From assembly GCA_050251055.1 (NCBI GenBank), contig JBFWNL010000009.1:32001-96000 (forward strand): a DNA stretch of 64,000 nucleotides, read 5' to 3'. A program made the position numbers and the translations under genes. Below, in pieces: positions 61,601 through 64,000 of this stretch (positions within the stretch are counted from its first letter, which is position 1; every line of letters starts with the position of its first letter). The notes beneath the pieces are model-generated. The model had not been told where the DNA came from, ran no database searches, and saw only the letters and a list, made by a program, of their open reading frames with translations. The stretch is from Bacteriovoracia bacterium (GTDB lineage: Bacteria > Bdellovibrionota > UBA1018 > JBFWNL01).

Positions 61601-61906
61601 GGCCACGTAGCGAATCTGGCCATCAAGAATCTCCGTGGTGCCGTAAGTGGCCTCCCCCACATTCAAGATGGTCAGGGCATCGCCATCCGGGTCGGAGTCG
61701 TTCGCCAACACGGGAATCACCAAAGTCGCGCCAACGATGACCGAAGCCGTGTCCGGCCGGGCCAGCGGAGCCGCGTCCTCCGGGGCCGCCTGCTGCGCTT
61801 GGCCTGGACGACGCGCTTCCGAGTAAAGCTTGGGCTGAAAAAAACAGCCCGAGGCGCTAAGTGCGAATATTCCCAAAGCGATTCTGAATGAAAGCATCGT
61901 CTTCAC
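58691..61906 (-). CDS. Lipoprotein: 4 cadherin-like Ig (Big_9) repeats + c-type cytochrome + DUF1587/1595/1592/1588/1585 module
   Basis: Lipobox ASGC; 4x VL(A/T)NDSDPDG; CTSCH...MPP; LKRLKKVEYVN, EIAARLSYTFWQSMPD, RPIIRG, CAGCH, NPLGFALENYD. Confidence 0.88.
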   Translation of the reverse strand: MKTMLSFRIALGIFALSASGCFFQPKLYSEARRPGQAQQAAPEDAAPLARPDTASVIVGATLVIPVLANDSDPDGDALTILNVGEATYGTTEILDGQIRYVAGSLANVEDVFGYTISDGRGEIATSSVTVSILPLPNRAPVAVNDTVTVLPSQAILISVLANDSDPDGDALTLMSITAPGRGTAAISGSQVSYLAPATPNVSTTFTYVASDGRGGTATGTVTVNISANPNRPPVAQNDASTVVYGQSVSVQVLANDSDPDGDSLTISSATNPSRGTISISGMNIVYTPSGNFASTDAFTYTVRDPLGLTATATVSVVVTLPPNRAPIALNDATAVEQGQSVTVNVLTNDSDPDGQAIQVVSATGATKGTTVISASTVTYTAGASASGADSFQYTIRDSGGLTATATVNVTITLPVDRFEAARMVLQTYCTSCHNPAGSVPSARLDYATEAEFVASGLVVAGNAAGSRLVQRTRFVGTSGAANMPPALGTFNEVEAAKLSNWINGMTASPDMGDFPTHQGFSCNATAEPSVSVLKRLKKVEYVNSLQDLMRTKAYTETEIAAAMNAAGAPIGSIPKDAHSTMAGMDESLTALHVDKYFEAAEIIATELTNTAAKLQKIGGACATTIPVSATCRDAFLREVGRLTYRRPLLEPDDLSYLQGIFNDASNGGFRNTLVVMLTTPYFLHHFENGANAQAGTSYLYPLTGYEIAARLSYTFWQSMPDSALFAAAADGSLLTTAGFAAQLDRVVGSAKTVTGVRTFFNEWLKLEDTPAINNLPSTQSFIATLQVSGINMASVRQEMIDEMYSLTGHYFANQGTYRDLLLSDASFARAGNLASAIYNVAPWGGSPTNLVRFPAGTRAGILTRAQTSFTGSAKTRPIIRGADIRRRILCDTLLPPADNNTPATAMITPDQTTRQYVEAITQIPGTACAGCHTTQINPLGFALENYDSFGRDREQEIVYYSDTSGQAGMELRRATVDSATIPLIFSQDSRTSMDGVTLSRMIADSLKGEACFSRQWFRYSFRKSEDLTGGDACMVQQMFQQATQGGQRDIKSVMRAIATHPHFKLRKGGAP
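60673..61771 (-). repeat. Four tandem ~93-aa Ig/cadherin-like repeats
   Basis: PxAxxD...NDSDPDG units; boundaries approximate. Confidence 0.8.
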
Positions 61907-62129
61907 GTTCGAACCTCATCGAGTTACATGCGTAGATTCGATATGCATCCAGTCGTGAAGGAACGTACGGTAGACGCGGACTGCCTGCTCACTTAGGATA
62001 ATCCCGGCCGGCCCCGCCCCTCCACGATCCCGCGCCGCCTTAACCACTTCGTGTTTCCCCGTGTTGACGCGGTTTGGGGTGCTTACGACACACTACCTCG
62101 AGAGGAATTCGCCTTTACAAGGTCTCATA

Positions 62130-62152
62130 ATAATGAGAACGCTTCTCATTAT
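62130..62152. promoter_or_regulatory. Fur-type box overlapping a start codon
   Basis: ATAATGAGAA-CGC-TTCTCATTAT inverted repeat. Confidence 0.75.
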
Positions 62153-62702
62153 GACAAAACGAAGACAACAGATCGCTTGGGCACCCTATATTGGGCTCCT
62201 CGTGATGTCCTTCATCGGTTTCGGAATACCTAGCTTGGCGCACGAAGGCGGACACGGCGTGAAGGTCCCCGGCCAAGGCCCGCACGGCGGCAAAATGTCC
62301 GCGGTGATATCAGCGGCCGATTCCGAAAAGGGTTCCGCCGCCCCGACCCAAGGCGTGGCCGAGTGGAAACAGCAGGGTCCAGAGATCGAAGTTCACCTCT
62401 GGGATAAGTCACCGATGGCGGGCAAACCCGCCGCCGTGAGCGTTCCGGTGGCGGATGGCGCGAAGTCCGAGTTAAAGTGGATCGTGCTTTACGGAAACCA
62501 CGGAGAAAAAAAACCGGCACGCAAGCCGTTAGTGGTGAAGTCGGAACTTGTCGCGACTGCCGCGACCTTTAAGCACGCGTTCACCCCCGAAGAGCTAACG
62601 GGCGCCCAGACGATCGAAGTGATCTTGCCGGCCTTCGGCTCGATCACCCAAAAGCACGTTTTCGAAATGAGTTTAGGCATCCCCAAAGGATCGAGAAAGT
62701 GA
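62151..62702 (+). CDS. Secreted His-rich protein (AHEGGH...GPHGG), putative metal-binding
   Basis: Signal peptide followed by His motifs. Confidence 0.7.
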   Translation: MTKRRQQIAWAPYIGLLVMSFIGFGIPSLAHEGGHGVKVPGQGPHGGKMSAVISAADSEKGSAAPTQGVAEWKQQGPEIEVHLWDKSPMAGKPAAVSVPVADGAKSELKWIVLYGNHGEKKPARKPLVVKSELVATAATFKHAFTPEELTGAQTIEVILPAFGSITQKHVFEMSLGIPKGSRK

Positions 62703-62716
62703 AAGGAAAAATAAAA

Positions 62717-63301
62717 ATGAACCCACTGAAAGCTCTCTCCTCATCTTTATGTTTGGCCGCGGTTTTGACGTTTTCGAGCGCCGCTTACGCGCATGACGAA
62801 CACAAGGCCGGCACCATTACCGGCGCTGGCATCCAGCTTTTTGAACGCGACCACGGCTTCGCCGGCCACGTCCTGGATCGCCCCGTCTTCGGCGCGTTCG
62901 AGCACGAACCCTTCGGCGCGAAGGTGCAAATCCGCAAAGGCGAGAAAATCATCGCCCTGGAACTCGTCTCCAACGACAGCCAATATGCGGGCGTTTTGAG
63001 CGAAGTCCGGGAAGACGAAAAGACCGGCGGCAAGCTCACCGTGGAAACCAAGGTTGAGTTCGTCAAGGTAAAGAAAACCGGCGAAGCCGAGGGCATGATC
63101 ACGCTGAAGCTCGACGGCGCCGAAGTCACCGTGCAAGTCACTGGTAAAACCTTCGCCAATGGCCACTTCCAAGCCCCGAGCTTCAAGACCACGCTGAACG
63201 GCAAGGAAGTCTCCTTCGCTTTCACCGGCGAAGCGTGCTTCGGCTACTCATCGAACCTCTCCATGATGATCCTGGGCGCCTACGCCCACCTGCAGAAGTA
63301 A
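62717..63301 (+). CDS. Secreted protein with a mature N-terminal HDEH, putative metal-binding
   Basis: AYA|HDEH; AAGGA upstream. Confidence 0.72.
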   Translation: MNPLKALSSSLCLAAVLTFSSAAYAHDEHKAGTITGAGIQLFERDHGFAGHVLDRPVFGAFEHEPFGAKVQIRKGEKIIALELVSNDSQYAGVLSEVREDEKTGGKLTVETKVEFVKVKKTGEAEGMITLKLDGAEVTVQVTGKTFANGHFQAPSFKTTLNGKEVSFAFTGEACFGYSSNLSMMILGAYAHLQK

Positions 63302-63321
63302 TTTAGGTCCATATAAAACGG

Positions 63322-63357
63322 CGAAGGCCGCGACTGAGAACTCAGTCGCGGCCTTCG
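63322..63357. terminator. Long perfect hairpin between convergent genes (likely bidirectional terminator)
   Basis: CGAAGGCCGCGACTGAG-AA-CTCAGTCGCGGCCTTCG, 17-bp arms. Confidence 0.75.
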
Positions 63358-63398
63358 TGCTTCTAACCCCACCTTATACTAGGTAAATCTGCTTAATC

Positions 63399-63668
63399 TT
63401 ATTGCTTCAAATCGGAGAGCTCCTGGCTCTTATAGAGAAGTTGTTGGGCCTCTACGAATTTGCCGGCCATCACGGCCTCGACGGCTTCCTGAGAGTAGCC
63501 TTGCTCCATTAGGAAGGCGGCCATGTTCTGGACGGCTTCGGCTTCCGCTTCGCTGCCATCTAAAATCATTCCACGGGGGCCGCCACCATGCCCGGTTCCT
63601 TCCGCACCAAACGCAGACACGGAAAGCATCAAGAAACCCAGGGCTAAAAATGAGGACACGTACTTCAT
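63399..63668 (-). CDS. Small secreted hypothetical protein (GTGHGGG motif)
   Basis: Signal peptide ending AFG; AGGA RBS. Confidence 0.65.
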   Translation of the reverse strand: MKYVSSFLALGFLMLSVSAFGAEGTGHGGGPRGMILDGSEAEAEAVQNMAAFLMEQGYSQEAVEAVMAGKFVEAQQLLYKSQELSDLKQ

Positions 63669-63797
63669 TCAATCCTGCCTTGTTTGAGTTTCTTAAATTT
63701 TAACGAGTATTTGACTATTTTTATATGTTAATAAATCATGACCTTTCAAAAAAAAATCATTTAATTTCAATTAGTTAAAAACAGAGAATGTTAATAG

Positions 63798-64000
63798 TTA
63801 AATATTATGAACGATTTTATAGTGAGTATTGCGACCTCGGCCAATCGGCGCGATCAGCCTCATTGAAACTAATGAACGCAACTCACGCTTGCATAGCGTC
63901 GGGCTGACTTTGAGTGCCTGTTCGATGGTGGCCCGGTGAATCCGTCCGTTGTTTTCCAAATACTTGATGATCCAATCCTGCCGCTCCGTCAGCACGCTGG
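63798..64000 (-). CDS. C-terminal winged-HTH (DeoR-like) of a gene truncated by the window edge
   Basis: LTERQDWIIKYLENNGRI...TLCKRELRSLV...GRGRNTHY. Confidence 0.65.
   Translation of the reverse strand, partial: SVLTERQDWIIKYLENNGRIHRATIEQALKVSPTLCKRELRSLVSMRLIAPIGRGRNTHYKIVHNI

Overview
A GC-rich bacterial chromosomal window, probably from a Bdellovibrionota/Oligoflexia-like organism. That assignment is inferred from the TIGR02147/DUF4423-type protein, a large orphan prepilin, many orphan secreted proteins/lipoproteins and the khpA/trmD/SPOUT/rplS layout. 1-3065 is the lower-GC end of an integrative element (Xis-like gene, tyrosine integrase, HigBA) next to the 3' end of tRNA-Glu(TTC). The main candidate new system is a tightly coupled minus-strand operon at 22090-28830: luciferase-like monooxygenase, divergent class-3 asparaginase, AmnC, AmnB, an AmnA-RidA/AmnD fusion and KynB. 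Together with AmnF/AmnE at 32320-33899 it fits a kynureninase-independent Trp/kynurenine route: kynurenine -> Baeyer-Villiger oxidation -> aspartate + 2-aminophenol -> meta-cleavage. This route is a hypothesis. Other highlights are a leader-peptide translational attenuator upstream of rsgA, a TTAC-N7-TTAC direct repeat in the lexA promoter, several apparently leaderless promoters, two Fur-type boxes, two Tat-protein/c-type cytochrome surface modules, and an rpsP-khpA-trmD-rplS region lacking rimM. All family assignments come from recognising motifs by eye, not from database searches.
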